64,000 nucleotides of DNA from Torpedo marmorata (Eukaryota). Below, piece by piece: positions 35,520 to 48,680 of the stretch (its first letter is position 1; each line of letters starts with the position of its first letter). The translations under genes were made by a program, and so were the position numbers. Below the pieces are notes generated by a model. That model made no database searches and was not told the DNA's origin. It saw only the letters and a list, made by a program, of their open reading frames with translations. The DNA lies in assembly GCA_977017645.1 (NCBI GenBank), contig OZ360246.1, positions 27,590,001 through 27,654,000 of the forward strand, given 5' to 3'.

Positions 35520-35790
35520 AGTTTGTTTCTTTATATATACAGTATATAGCAAGAGAGATTTATATATAGATATATATGTGTGTATGTGCACTTCATGGTT
35601 TTGAAGTGCAGAATCACCATGAATCAGCATCAAATTTTACCCCCACTGAACCTCCTTGGACATTTCTAGAGTGCTCCATATTGATTTGCATGGAGAACAG
35701 ACATACATGCTCAAACATATATTAGATAGCTAGATATACATATACATACATACACACACACACATATATATGAATGTGTGTATAAAGGAT
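35520..35790. repeat. (TA)n/(CA)n low-complexity microsatellites
   Basis: Visible TATATA/CACACA runs. Confidence 0.6.
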
Positions 35791-37769
35791 ATGATTTGAG
35801 CACATGACCAGTTCGGTACAATATATTCCTGTGAATTAACACAGTTACATAGTTTCCCCATACAATTCTAATGTAGAACAGCCATTCTGGCCGGGAGCCA
35901 CAGCACAACAAAGGGGGCCACAGACTGAAATCAGAAAATATTTTTTAATGTAGCCAGTATGAGAGAAGTACGGAAGAAACCAACTAACCATGACTGCTTC
36001 ACAGGGAAGGGGCCCCATAAACTTTGAGTAGAGTCCCAAGGGGGCCATAGCCAAAAAATGTTGAGAATGGGTAATGTAGAATACTGAGTGCTGTTGGAAC
36101 ACTTTTGTAGTCTCACAATCTTAAGCAAGAATACTTTCCCTGGGGACATGGTGCCTATTTAAAAGAACTCCCAGATTTTTGTAAAATAACTCCCTGACTT
36201 AGATCTGGCCTTGTACAACTTAAGCGATTCCACTTAAAACATCAGTTTTAACACATTTTTTTTTTGTCTTATAAACTGACTGAAGAGCTTATGTACATAT
36301 ATTAACATTTGAAAAGTAGAAATGTTTGGAAATGTTTTGGATTTATCCAAAAGTCATGTGAGGACAGGATCAGGCTTAATACTGATACCCAGTCACCAAA
36401 ACCAAATTGCTACTCAACCAATGCGCCCCTTTGTGTAAAGATTGGGCATTTTGCTGAGGTACCAAAGAACTTTATATGCTGGTAAAGAAACTCTTACAAG
36501 ATGTCAGTACCATCACTGTGAAATGCAAAATACTTGGTTTATGCACTTGTTCATTAATATTCAGATAGAATTAGAATCACCAAAATTAATAAATTCCATC
36601 ATTGTATATGAAGACTATGTACATTTGTTTCAAAAGGCTATAAAATTATGTTTTGAGTGAAGTAAATTAAGATCTGAAAGTTGCAAAGAAATAGATCTGG
36701 TGCTGAAGAATTCTTGGCTAATTTTAAGCCGGTTTATTACTCTATATGTTCTAGGTTTTGGTATGTAATACAGCCTGCTTGCTGCATTAAATTTTGTACA
36801 GGAATGTATGGATAGAAGGGCCATTATTGTTACATGGATTTGCTTACTATCAGTGAACAGTATTTAAAATGTTCTCAAAAGTGAAGTCCTTCAATTTGCA
36901 ATAATACTTAAAAGTAGTTTCATTGGAAATATCCCAGCAGAATTGCTGCTACTTCGTCCAACTTTTTAAGATTAATTTAATTTCTATTGTGTTGTTAGCA
37001 TGTTTTCCTATTTCACTTCCCCACCGCACCCCCTCCATACCACAGCTGGAGCCACTCTGGAATTATTTTGGTACAAAGAATGCTGTGTAGCTGGGGTTGT
37101 CAGCAGAAAGCCCATGAATGAATTGAAGACAATGCACACACTGTGATTTCAGTCATTCAGACATTGTGCAAACAGGCAAGGAATTAAACTAGAGGGTACT
37201 GAATTTCAGAGGCTCAGGCATTCACAGAATTTGTCTGTCAACAAGACCAAAAGGGCAATTCAATTGTGAGAGCTCACAATCCACTAACCCAACTCCTTCC
37301 CCACCACGTGACTCCCAACTTATTTCCAGGACCCACAGCTGCAAGCACACACATCTGCAAACTTGTTGCATTAACGCAGCAAAGGTGGGAATCGTATAGA
37401 AAAGAACTTTGTAAATTATGTTCTATTGCACTATAAAGTTTTGCTGCCATGGGGTGCATAAAACTGGCATAAGCCCCTGCCCAGTGTCAGTCTTTTGTCC
37501 TTCCATGCACCATAGAGTTTCTAGTTCACTGACTATCTTAGCAGGTACTCTTGCTGATAGTCAGAATTAAGAATTCATTGCATGAAATAATTAATAACTG
37601 TTTTCAGTAGAACTTGTATTGGACATTATTATTCCAGTACCAGTGGACAGTTTTGGCCAGATGGCTTTGAAAAACATTGCTAAAATTTCAGAGTTTAGTA
37701 CTTGAGGATGAACCGCTTGAAGAAATGATTGATAATCAAAAAACATTTTTTTAAAAATCATTCATTTTC

Positions 37770-38380
37770 AGGATCCTGGCATTGCTGGCAAGGCTGCATT
37801 TATTTTCCATCCCTCAGTGCCCTGAGATGGTAGTGATGGGCACTGAGGGATGCAGACCTTTGAGTAACAGTGCTCCCACAAGGGAAGGGGTTCTATGATG
37901 TAGACCCAGTGACAATAAAGGATCAGCAAGGTATTTCCAAATCTGTGTGCTGTACAACTTTTAGAGAGCTGGTAAATCATTGTTTCTCCATGCACCTCCT
38001 ACCTTTGTCCCTCATGGCAATAGAGATCAAGAATTTGGGAGATGCTGTCAGAATAGCATGGGTGAATAACAGTAGTGCATTTTGTAAATGGTACACGTTG
38101 CCAGCACTGTTTGCTAGTGATGGGGGGTAATGAATGTTTAGGAATGGTTGATGGGATGCCAGTTGTCTAGACAACTTTGTCCTGGATGGTGTGGAGCTTT
38201 TTCAGTCATTGGCACTGGCACACATCCAGACAAATGGAGAGTATCCCACGATGCTCTTGACTTTTGCCTTGGGGTGACAGGATTTGCTTCTCTTGGATGC
38301 TCAGCCTCCAACCAGCTCTTTCAGCCAAGGTATTTAAATTTGTAGTCCAGTTAAGTTTAGGTCAATAGCAACACCCAGAT
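37770..38380 (-). mobile_element. Old CR1/L2-clade LINE 3' fragment
   Basis: GCTGGCAAGGCTGCATTTATT...CCCT matches 26695-26745; degenerate. Confidence 0.5.
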
Positions 38381-38639
38381 ATAAAAGGTGTGAAACATTT
38401 AAAAAAATAATATGAGCAGGTTATTAATTAAGATAAGAAAGTTGTGAGCACAAGTATAAAATTAATGAGTTAAATAAATGTATGTGGAACAGAGTGCGAG
38501 TAAAAGCAGTTCAAGCCATGTCCATGAACTGACAAATTGTTGTCAAGGAAGGCTTAAAGGTAATACCTGGGATTGTGGAATTCTATGCCTAGGGCCATCA
38601 TTATATAGGGAATGGCAATTAAAAATATATATATATTTA

Positions 38640-38860
38640 TTTGCAGCATGGTAGAAGCCGATTCCGGCTCTTCTAGGCTGCTCAATTTTATCAAAATTAA
38701 CCTACAACCCTGTACGTTTTGAAGGGTGGGTGGAAACCAGAGCACCTAGGTAAAATCCACACAGACACAGGGAGATCGTACAAACTCCTTACAGACAGCG
38801 CCGAATTCGAACCCGGGTTGCTGGCACTGTAACAGCATTGCCCTAACCATGCCGCCACCC
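38640..38860 (-). mobile_element. V-SINE (HE1-like)
   Basis: V-domain and B box GGGTTCGAATTC on the - strand. Confidence 0.82.
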
Positions 38861-39109
38861 TAACCAATTCGATTTGATTAAAGTATTGCACTTATTTAGA
38901 AATGTAAAGAGGGGCAGCAGGCTAATCCCTTGTATCATGAAAGGATTGCAGGATTGGGCTCTTCACCCTTGAATGAGTGGGCATTTTATTGGGGTGTAAA
39001 ACATCAAGTGAATTATTTCAAATAAAATCAAAACAAACAGATGGAGGTGCACACTGCCAAAGGCAAGTTCAGTATTGATGTTGGAAAAGTTCCAGCCTCT
39101 GATATTCTG

Positions 39110-41527
39110 AAGGAGGAGGGTGCATAGCCAGCAGTTTTGGTGCAGGTTGATACCAACCACATCGGTAAGAAAGAGACGAGGTCTGCAACAGGAGTTTAGG
39201 GAACTAGGTAGCTGTTTAAAAAGCAAAACCTCAAAGGTTGTAATCTCTGGGTTGGTTCTGGTGCCACAAGTTTGTGAGTATAGGAATAGAAGGATAGGTC
39301 AGATTAATGCGTGGTAAAAGGGACAATGCAAGGAGATTACCTATAGGTTCTTGGATCGTTGGGACTGTTTCTGGAAAATGTGGGATCTGGACAAGCAGTA
39401 ATGGGTTACACCTTAACCAGAACAGAACCAATATCCTTGTAAGAAAGTATGCTCGTGCAGTTGGGCAGGGCAAAGGGGCTCAGAGTAGGTGCTCTGATAA
39501 AGAGATATAATCAATCACCGAGAGAGTGGTAAACCCAGGAGGCAGAACAAGCAGATAGATACACATCTTGGGAATTCAAAGCTGAATTGCATCTATTTTA
39601 ATGCAAGGAAGGTAGGTGTACACGAAGCTGTAATTTACACAGGGAATACAGTGTTGAAGGGGAATCAGCACTAGCAACTTGATATCATTGGGTATAAAAT
39701 ATTTGTGCAAAACGGAATAAAAGAAGATTTGGCATTGCACAGCTAGTTAATGATTACTTCAGAATGGAGAGGGGATATCCTGGAAGGTTCCTCAAAAGAG
39801 GCCACATACGAGTGAACAAGAGGTAAAGCAACAGATATTAGAGAGATGTGATTAAAAAATCAGGTTATAATACTAGAGGAGTTTATTTTCCTGGATGTTA
39901 ACTGCAATTGCCTTAATATAAAATACTCAGAGGAATTTTTGCAATGTTCAAGAAAGCTTTTTGGCACAGTATGTCGATAGACCAACATGAGAAGGAGTAC
40001 TACTAGGCCTCATCTTGGGGAATTAAACTGACCAGGTGGAGAGAGTATCTGGGCTGGCATTTTGGGGATAGTGGCCATATCTTCATGTATTTCAAAGTCA
40101 TGGACAAAGATTGAGATGGAGCATAAAATAATCTTTGAAATTGGGGCAAGGCCAATTTCATTGGAGTAAGATAGGACCTACATAAGGTTGACCGAGAGCA
40201 TCTACTTGCCGGCAAGTCTACGTCTCCACAGTGGTAAGCATTCAAAGGAGAAATAGCAAAAGCCCAAGAGCAACATGTTCCTGTAAGCGTGATGCTGTAA
40301 TGCTCCTCCCCCTGCCATTCTTCAGTCTTTATTCGATGCCTTCCTGGGTTTTTCTTTCCTTATACCTTGAAGAAGAGCTCAGGCCTGAAACTTCGGTAAT
40401 ATATCTTTACCTCCTCTGGACACTGCGAGACCAGCTGAGTTCTTCCAGCATTTTTTTTGTGTTTTTACTGTAAGCATAAAAGCCAAGGGTGACAAGTTCA
40501 GGAATTGAATGTTGAAAGTTATTTAGTCTTCGATAAAGAGAGAAAGGAAACATGGCAGATTCAGGAACTATAGACAAGTGAGGCATATCAGGAGTACAGA
40601 AGTGTAGGGGTGCTTAAAAAGGAAGTAATGAAAGCAAAGAAAGGTCACAAAATATCACTGGCAGACAGGATTAAGGTTAATCTGAAAGCATTCTGTAAGC
40701 ATATTAAGAGCAAATGAACAAGTAGGGAGGAGTAGGGTTCATTGGGGACAACAGGCAACATGTGTATGGAACAAGAAGGTATAGGAGTGGTCCTAATTGA
40801 ATACTTTTTGTCAGTATTCACTAAGGAAACAGACTAGTTGCAGAATTTAGCAAAGGGAAAGATGAAAGTCCAGTGATGGCTTTGATTCAATGCCTCAGCA
40901 GACTGAAAGGTGGCTAAACCCTCGGAGCCAAGGGAAGCAGGGGTAGAGATTGCTGGGAGACGGGGGGGGGGGGGGGGGGTGTTAAAGTGAGATCTAAATC
41001 CTCGCAGACCAGAAATCAGGTTCCTGTTAATGAATGGACTAAAAATGTAGTCCCCCTTTTCAAGAAGGATAGCAGGGAAAAGTGGTAACTACGCCTGATA
41101 TTAGTAGGGAGGTTACTGGAGAAATTGCTGAGGGACAGGATTAAACTCTTGGAATGACAGGGCCTAATCAGAGGCAGCCAACATGGCTTTGTCAAGGGCA
41201 GATCCTGTCTGATTAAATTTTTGAAGAGGTAAACAAGTGTACTGATGAGGACACAGTAATAAATGTGGTTTAAATGAATATCAGGCCTTTGATAAGGTCT
41301 CACAAGGTTCAAAAGGTCAGGGCTCATTGGATCCAGAGCAGTTTGGTAAACTGGATCCAAAATTGGCTTGGCAATAGGAAACAGAGGGTATTGCTAGAGT
41401 GTTGTGATGTTGAATGTTTTTTGTGATTGGATGCATGTTACCTGTGGTGTTCCTCGGAGATTGGTGGGACCTTAGCTGTTTGTAATATATGTGAATGTAG
41501 GATCCATGATCAGTAAGTTTACAGATG
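39110..41527 (+). mobile_element. Long degenerate CR1 LINE (ORF1 esterase-like, endonuclease and RT remnants)
   Basis: KVVISGL...GLHLN (SGNH-like ORF1), then NVVPLFKK, SQHGFVKGRSCL and ISKF segments broken by stops and frameshifts. Confidence 0.75.
40289..40467 (+). mobile_element. Penelope pLTR solo fragment nested in CR1
   Basis: TACCTTGAAGAAGAGCTCAGGCCTGAAAC...CTGAGTTCTTCCAGCA, flanked by CTGTAAGC direct repeats (40281-40288, 40468-40475). Confidence 0.75.
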
Positions 41528-41775
41528 AACCATAGAACACTACAGCACAGAAACAGGCCCCTTCGGCCCTTCTAGTCTGTGCTGAACCATTTTTTTATGC
41601 CTAGTCCCACTGACCTGCACCCAGTCCATAGCCCTCCATACCTCTCCCATCCATGTACCTGTCCAAATTCTTAAATGTTAAAATTGAGCCCGCATTCACC
41701 ACCTCAGCTGGCAGCTCGTTCCACACTTCCACCACTCTGTGTGAAGAAGTTCCCCCTAAACCTTTCCCCTTTCAC
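41528..41775 (-). mobile_element. CR1 3' end (young)
   Basis: Reverse complement of the tail at 54050-54277 (ACAGACTAGAAGGGCCGAA...TTCTATGGTTC). Confidence 0.85.
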
Positions 41776-43814
41776 GTAATCCAGGAAATTAATCCTTTCA
41801 GCTGACTTTTGACATGACAAGGTCAATGCACAGGGGAACAGTGTTCAGCAGTGGTCTCTCTTCTCACAAACATTCAGCATTTTAAGGAGGCTGGTCTATG
41901 TGTATAATTATGTCACTTCAAAGCAGTCAAGTTTGAATTCTTTAGCACAATAAAAAATTGCTCGTCTGAACAGAACAGATAGATCTTTGTCAAGTGGTAC
42001 TAAATCTATTTCCTCTGGAGCAAGAGCAGAATTTTGGAACCTAACAACTGTCCAGTATTCCTGTGCCATGAGTAATAGAATTGCAATTCAGTACAGGCTA
42101 TTTTGTTTAAATTGTATGCATCATATAGGTCACTAGTGATCAGGTACAAAGAATCCTGCACCAGTCATCCAATCCTCATGGCAATGAATCATGGGTGAGA
42201 AGAGTTGTGGAAGCAATGTTTTTTATTACAACTGAATAAAGCTTTATATCAGCTTAATGTCAGGATTTAGAAATCTATAACAATAGCAACCAAATTGGTG
42301 AGTTACGTGTTTTTCGATTGGTTCGGAGGAACAAACGCTACTGACTTAATAACAATGAAAACAATTTACACTAATCTTTAAAAGCTCTACGTTAAAATAT
42401 AAAAAGCCTTTGTCCTGACCTCTACCAAGCTGTGAGAACTGCACTGATTTGGTCTCTGAATAAATTGGTCTCCTGGTCAGTGGTTTGGTTTGCAGTTGCA
42501 CACACTGCATCACTGAACGAATGGTTGGGCAGGAAGTGGTTGGGATTGGTGGAAATTTGGGTGCTTCCTGGATTGAAACATGATCATGGAATCAAAGGCT
42601 GTCCACAATCCACAAAAACATCAACATAAGAACTTGGAACTGAGTGGATCAAAGCCCCTTGAGCCTGCTCTACCATTTAATGTTTTAAATTTATTTACAG
42701 CACAGTAGAAGCCAATTCCGGCCATTGAAACCCGTGCAGAGGGCGGCACGGTTGGCGTAGCAGTTATCAGGGTCATTAATGACAATAAATCTTCCTTGCA
42801 GATCATGATGCTCAATGCCCATTTTTATAGCATTTCTGTTGAAGGGTATCTCAGTTAAACTTCAATCTGTGTTTCTTTAAGAAGCTGCTGTTAACTGTCC
42901 AACATCTGCAGTTTTCATCTGTACCTTGCAGCACATCTTTCACTGCCATGTTGTATATGTTGATGCAGTGGTTCTGCCCTGCAATATGGGAACTGCACTC
43001 AATACTGCTGTTCTGAGCACTTTGAAACCATAAATTTGGCAATAATTTCTTAATGAATAAGCCCAAAGTCAATGAGAACCAGAGATATTGAACAAAAGTT
43101 GAAGTATATCATGTATATTACATTTTTAATTATTTCATGTCAAGAAGAGGAAACTTTAAAGGAACCTTTGACCTGCTGTTAACTTTATATTTCATGTACA
43201 AGAATCCCCAGATCCTTTTGTACCATAAAAATCAAGTCTTTCTCCATTAAAATAGTTTGCTTTTTCATTCTTCCTTGCAAAGCAGTTCATCTCACATTTT
43301 CCTACATTACACTCCATCCGCCAACTTCAAGCCCACCAACAACCTATTTATATCTTATACATTGTATTGAAAGTATATCCAGTTTATAAAAAAAACAATA
43401 CTTTCACTGTCTTAAGATCAAATGCTGAGAAATTCTCACGCTTCCGAGATGAACAGAAATTTAGCAAGGCGTTTTCTAATACTCCTGAGATATTTGTATA
43501 AATAGCACTTGGAATTAAAAGTCTTGGCATCAGAGTAGAACTCCTCCACACTTCATCCTTTTAATTGTGACTCAGCTCAGACCCACGTGATGTTTACCAG
43601 CTGAGAATGTACTCAATTCCTGTCCTACATTGTCTACTAGTGGCAACGAAGAGGCAGCACAGGCAGAGAACAGGAACCATTTGCAGAGGGAACTGGATGA
43701 GACTGGGACAATAACCCATATTCCACATCAGTTGAAGGCTAAAGTATAATTTGAAATGGGCAGAACTAAATACACCTGGAACTCCCAGTGTCCAACTATT
43801 TTAATACCCCCAAG

Positions 43815-44290
43815 GACACACGAGAGACTGCAGATGCTGGAATTTGGAGCAAAAACACAATCTGCTGGAGGAACTCAGCCGGTCGAGCAGCATCGGTTGG
43901 AGAAATAGAACGGTCAACGTTTCAGGCTGGAGCCCTTCATCTAATATTGTCAGTTGTTTTACACCCGTCAATGCTGCTCGAGTTGCAGAGTTCCTCTAGC
44001 AGATTGCGATTTTAATTCACTGTACAGTTCTCAGCCACATCCCTTGCCAAAGGTGAGGCCAAACAAACGTGCAGAACAATGACTCTGTTCTGTCCAATAC
44101 TCATCACCCTTTAGTCCCTGCACACCTTTGCCCCATGATATTTTTCTCCCCTTGATAATACTTGATATCACCCCTTCCTATTTCAGTCTTGAACAAAAGG
44201 TCCCAAGCTAAAATGTTGACTGACCCTTTCTACCCCTGGACACTGCCTGACCCGGCGAGTCCCTCCTGCTTTTCATTGTTTGCTCAGAAT
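43815..44290. mobile_element. Penelope pLTR foldback (43815-44010) plus degenerate + strand fragment
   Basis: AATCTGCTGGAGGAACTC...TCGAGCAGCAT is mirrored by ATGCTGCTCGAG...GAGTTCCTCTAGCAGATT. Confidence 0.65.
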
Positions 44291-44661
44291 CGAATAAACA
44301 TTTTAGTTACTCGCATTATTTTTTCCCAATTGTTGAAGTGATGAGGTAGCTTTTATTTTCAAAGATAGAATACATTAATTAATTTATCCTCCATGGTCCA
44401 TAGAAGTAACTTGTGCGACTAATTCAGATATCCCAGTTTGAAAAGTTTGGGTTAAATTTTTATTTCACTTTCCATTTGAAGAAACAGCACCACCATGTGG
44501 TCATCCAGCTAATCTGATTGGAAGAAGTTGATCTGCACAGAACATGACAGCTGGATTTTTGAAAGAACTATCAAAATCTCCACTCTTTCCTGTTAGTTCC
44601 TCAATTTTTTTCAAACCTATATATACCTCTCCTTTTTTGAAAGTTGCTATTCAATCTACTT

Positions 44662-44880
44662 CAGTAGTTTTCAAACTGCCCCCCTAAACTCACATTCCAC
44701 CTTAAGCAATCCCTATGCCATAAGTGCTCTGTGATTAGTAAGGGATTGCTTAAGGTGGTATGTGAGTGGGAAGAAAAAGTTTGAAAACCACTGTTTTAAT
44801 CGTACCTAATTGACTCATTATGTGCACGGTTTCATAACTCCAAAGGAAATGGGCCAATGACAATTTTTCTCAAGCAATAA
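44662..44880 (-). mobile_element. hAT/Charlie-like palindromic MITE unit (44662-44793) plus shared spacer
   Basis: CAGTAGTTTTCAAAC...GTTTGAAAACCACTG; the adjacent sequence is the reverse complement of ~52635-52718. Confidence 0.8.
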
Positions 44881-44884
44881 TCAT

Positions 44885-45035
44885 TTTTTGATTATACCTT
44901 GAAGAAAGGCTCAGGACTGAAACGTTGGTAATATATCTTTACCTCCTATGGATGCTGCGAGACCGGCTGAGTTCCTCCAGTATTTCTGTGTGTTTTCATT
45001 ACAATTACAGCGTCGGCAGACTTTCGTATTTCACA
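44885..45035 (+). mobile_element. Penelope pLTR fragment
   Basis: TACCTTGAAGAAAGGCTCAGGACTGAAACGTTGGTA...CTGAGTTCCTCCAG. Confidence 0.75.
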
Positions 45036-45597
45036 TCATGTGCAAGAAGCAGAGTTCAGTTTAATTTGGGCATCATGTTTGGCGCAGACACGTGGCGCAG
45101 ACACGTGGCCAAACGGCTGGTTTCTGTGCTGTTCTATGTCAAGTCTGGAATGTGAGTGGAAAACGGAGCAGCTGAAGGAAAGCCATATGGTCACAGGGAG
45201 AGGATGTACACAGAAGCCTCTACTAGCTGCACCACGTCACCACCCCATTTCCAGCCTCAAACACCTCCTTAAAAATTCAAAAATTGAAACAATTCCAGAA
45301 TTTCAACCCAGAACTCCTGTATTCTCTGATCCCCACTTTTTCTTGCCATTATCTTGGTTTGCAAATTCCCAGACTTGTATTTCACAAATGACCATCCACA
45401 TCCAAATATTCCTGTATTCCAGCAGCAGTCTCTAATTAGTGATCAAGAGTAGAATACAAGAATGATTTATTCTCACCCCAGCCGATGAATTGCGTGCCCA
45501 ATATACCATCCCAACCTCTAGCTATATTTGGTTGATCAACAAAAAGCAAGTTTTGAACCTGGATTTTTCTCAACTTGATCCCAGGAATCTTCAATAA

Positions 45598-46213
45598 CAC
45601 TGAACAACGAAGATTTTGCTTCCTGAACACGTTTGGGTGTATTTTATGGATTTTGGGCTGCTGCTCACGAAAATCAACTTAAAAATTTTCTATCACGTAC
45701 CGTTTTTTTAGATACAACCTATTTTGTGATTTCCTGTCATATTTTAAGTCTACTTCAAGCATACAAAACCATGAATTACAACATGTCATTAAAAATTCAT
45801 TTACTGCATTCACACTTGGACTTCTTCCCTGCTGATCTTGGTGCAGCCAGTGACGAACATGGTGAAAGGTTTCACCAGGACATTGCGACCATGGAAAAGC
45901 GGTATCAGGGCAACTGGAATCCATCAATGCTGGCCGACTATTGTTGGACACTGACACGAGAGGCATCAGATGCTGAGTACAAACGAAAATCAGCGGCAAA
46001 ACATTTTTAGGTCAGTTGAACTAATACAATGTGTCAACATCATTACGCGATTAAAAATGCTAAATTCAATAAAAGTTAATTTAGTGTTTCTCCAACTTCC
46101 TACGTGATAGAGCAAATCTGAAATTATCTTTGTGTTCAGCTTGAAGTTGTCTATCATAATCCCCAATTTCTTTTCAGGAAGCAAAGCTTTTGGAAAAAAA
46201 TTGTTGTCCAGTG
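45598..46213 (+). mobile_element. Chapaev3-like (CMC superfamily) DNA transposon deletion derivative with transposase C-terminus
   Basis: TIRs CACTGAACAAC/GTTGTCCAGTG, flanks TAA/TTA; ORF NMSLKIHLLHSHLDFFPADLGAASDEHGERFHQDIATMEKRYQGNWNPSMLADYCW. Confidence 0.8.
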
Positions 46214-46969
46214 TTATCTATCCAATTTAATTCCACACCATCTCTAAAGCCTTTGTTAATGGTACAAGAAAATCACAGGGTGTTTGGGTGGAGGGGTAAT
46301 ACGTCCAGAAGTATGTGTCATTCAATTCATTGACAAACCTATTTGAAAAGAAAGGGAGTAACTAACTTAGGATGTCCAAAAATAAAATAGTGCAGATGCT
46401 GGAAATACTTAGCAGATCAGGCAACGTCTGAGAGAAACACAGTCCAAGTCAAAGGAGAGAAATTATTTTGAGATAATTAAAGTTTGGAACTACAGGAAAC
46501 ACAAGATTGTCTGAGAGTTGTGTCTGAGCACAGAAGAAAGGTAAGGGTTGTCCACCAAACATAGAATAGTATCATCTAAATTTTTGGATTTCTAAAAATT
46601 ATTAACAGAGACTCAAGTCCGATGAGAAAATCACAGGGAGAAAAGAAATGCGTAGTCGTCTTAAGTCTGCACATTATTCTTCATACTGACTGTATGTAAC
46701 ACGAGTCAGTACAACTAGAATGGGGAAGCTGGGTTCTGGTGAAGGGGATCATAGGGATTACCAAATGTCTGATCCTTTCGGGGGTTTTATCAGAATCATA
46801 CAAGCAGCATATGTACTAACTTCAAACAACCACATCTTCTGTCCCCTCTTCTAGTTGTTTGAGACAAAAGGATATAATGCACAAGAATTGTTCTTGGATG
46901 AGTAAAAAAAAAAATGCACAAAAGAGCCAGGCTTTGTGAAAAGTATCCAGTGATTGTTATCTAACTGGA

Positions 46970-48680
46970 GTGAAACAAGAAAGTCTGTAGACGCTGTGAT
47001 TGGAGTTAAAACACAGAAATGCTGGAGGAACTCAGCAGGTCTCGCAGCGACCAGAGGAGGTAAAGATATATTGCCAATATTTCGGGCCTGAGCCCTTCTT
47101 CAAGGTATGAGAAAAAGCAGGCAGGCGCCTGAATAAAAGAAATGCCGGGGGAGGAGTACAGACCAACAGAAAAAAGGTGATAATTTGGATATGGAGAGGA
47201 GGCCAGGAAAAAGGAAAGCTGAGAATTGATTGGGGGGAGGAGGGTTTTTTTTGGCAGAGCTGGGGGAAAGGAGACAGGGAAGAGAGAGCGAGTCAGAGAT
47301 AGAGTAAAGAGACAGAGGGATCGATGTGGGGGGGTGGGGGTGAGGCTAACGGAAACCAGAGAAGTCGATGTTAATGTCATCTGGTTGGAGGGTACCCAGA
47401 TGCAATATGAGGTGTTGTTCCTCCAATTTGCGGGTCTCAGTCTGCCAGTGCATGAGACCACGGACAGGCACGTCAGCAAGGGAATGGGGCGGGGAATTGA
47501 AATGGGTGGCCATTGGGAGATCCACGCTATTGCGGCGGACAGAACTGAGGTGCTCAATGAAGCGATCTCCCAGTCTTTGTCCAGTCTCTCCGCTGTAGCG
47601 ACAACACCTGCAGATTCACAAGTGAAGTGTTGCTTCACTTCGAAGGACTGTTTGGGGCCCCGAATGGTGCTGAGGGAGAAGGTGTGGGCACAAGTGGAGC
47701 ACCTCCTGCTGTCACAGGGGTAGGTGCCAAGGGGACAATTGGTGGGGAGGGAGGAGTGGACGAGGGAATTACGGAGAGAGCAGTCCCTGCGGAAGGCAGA
47801 GAGGGGAGGGGCAGGAAAGATGCGTCTGGTGGTGGGATCACGTGGTTGGTGGAAATGGCAGAGATCGCTTCGTTGAGCACCTCAGCTCTGTTCTCCACAA
47901 TAGCGGGAATCTCCCAGTGGCCACCCATTTCAATTCCCTTGCCGACATGTCTGTCTATGGTCTCATGCCCTGCCAGACTGAAACCACCCACAAATTGGAA
48001 GAACACCTCATATTCCGTCTGGGCACCCTCCAACCGATGGTATTAACATAGACATCTCCAGTTTCCGTTACCCACTACCCCACTTTTTTTTTTTAAATTT
48101 AAAAAAAAATTTAAACATACAGCACGGTAACGCCATTTCGGCACATGAGTCTGTGCCGCCCAATTTACACTCCATTAACCTGCACCCCCGGTATGTTTTG
48201 AACGGTGGGAGGAAACCGGAGCCCCCGGAGAAAACCCATGCAGACACGGGGAGAACGTACAAACTCCTTACAGACAGCGTGGGATTTGAACCCCGGTCCA
48301 GTCCCGATTGCTGGCGCTGTAAAGGTGTTGCGCTAACCGCTACACCAACTGTGTTTCCCCATGTCTCCTTTCATCTTGCTCTGTCTCTCTTCCCTTTTCC
48401 CACTGTCTCCTTTACCCCAGCTCTGTATTCAGAGCCAAAAACCTCGCTACCCTGATCAATTCTCACCTTTCCTCTCTCCTGGCCTCTTCTCCATATCCAA
48501 TTATCACCTTTTGTCTGTTGGTCTGTACTCCTCCCCTTGCCAATTCTTTTATTCAGGCACCTGCCTGCTTTTTCTCATACCTTGAAGGCGGTCTCAGGCC
48601 TGAAACATCAGTAATACATCTTTACCTCCTATGGACGCTGCGAGAACTGCTGATTTCCTCCAGCATTTCTGTGTTTTTAC
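46970..48680. mobile_element. Penelope-like element inverted pair: minus-strand arm ~46970-47855, plus-strand arm ~47860-48680 (interrupted by a V-SINE)
   Basis: GIY-YIG C-terminal motifs on both strands (KQHFTCES..., DRFVEHL...LPVATHFNS...KLEEHLIFRLGTLQP) with mirrored pLTRs. Confidence 0.82.
48110..48353 (-). mobile_element. V-SINE (HE1-like) nested in Penelope
   Basis: Very similar to 6116-6365; A/T-rich tail at 48084-48112. Confidence 0.88.

Noticed and set aside
40962-40979. Poly-G run as a regulatory G-quadruplex
   Set aside because: It is a homopolymer within a dead CR1, its length is unreliable, and there is no supporting context.
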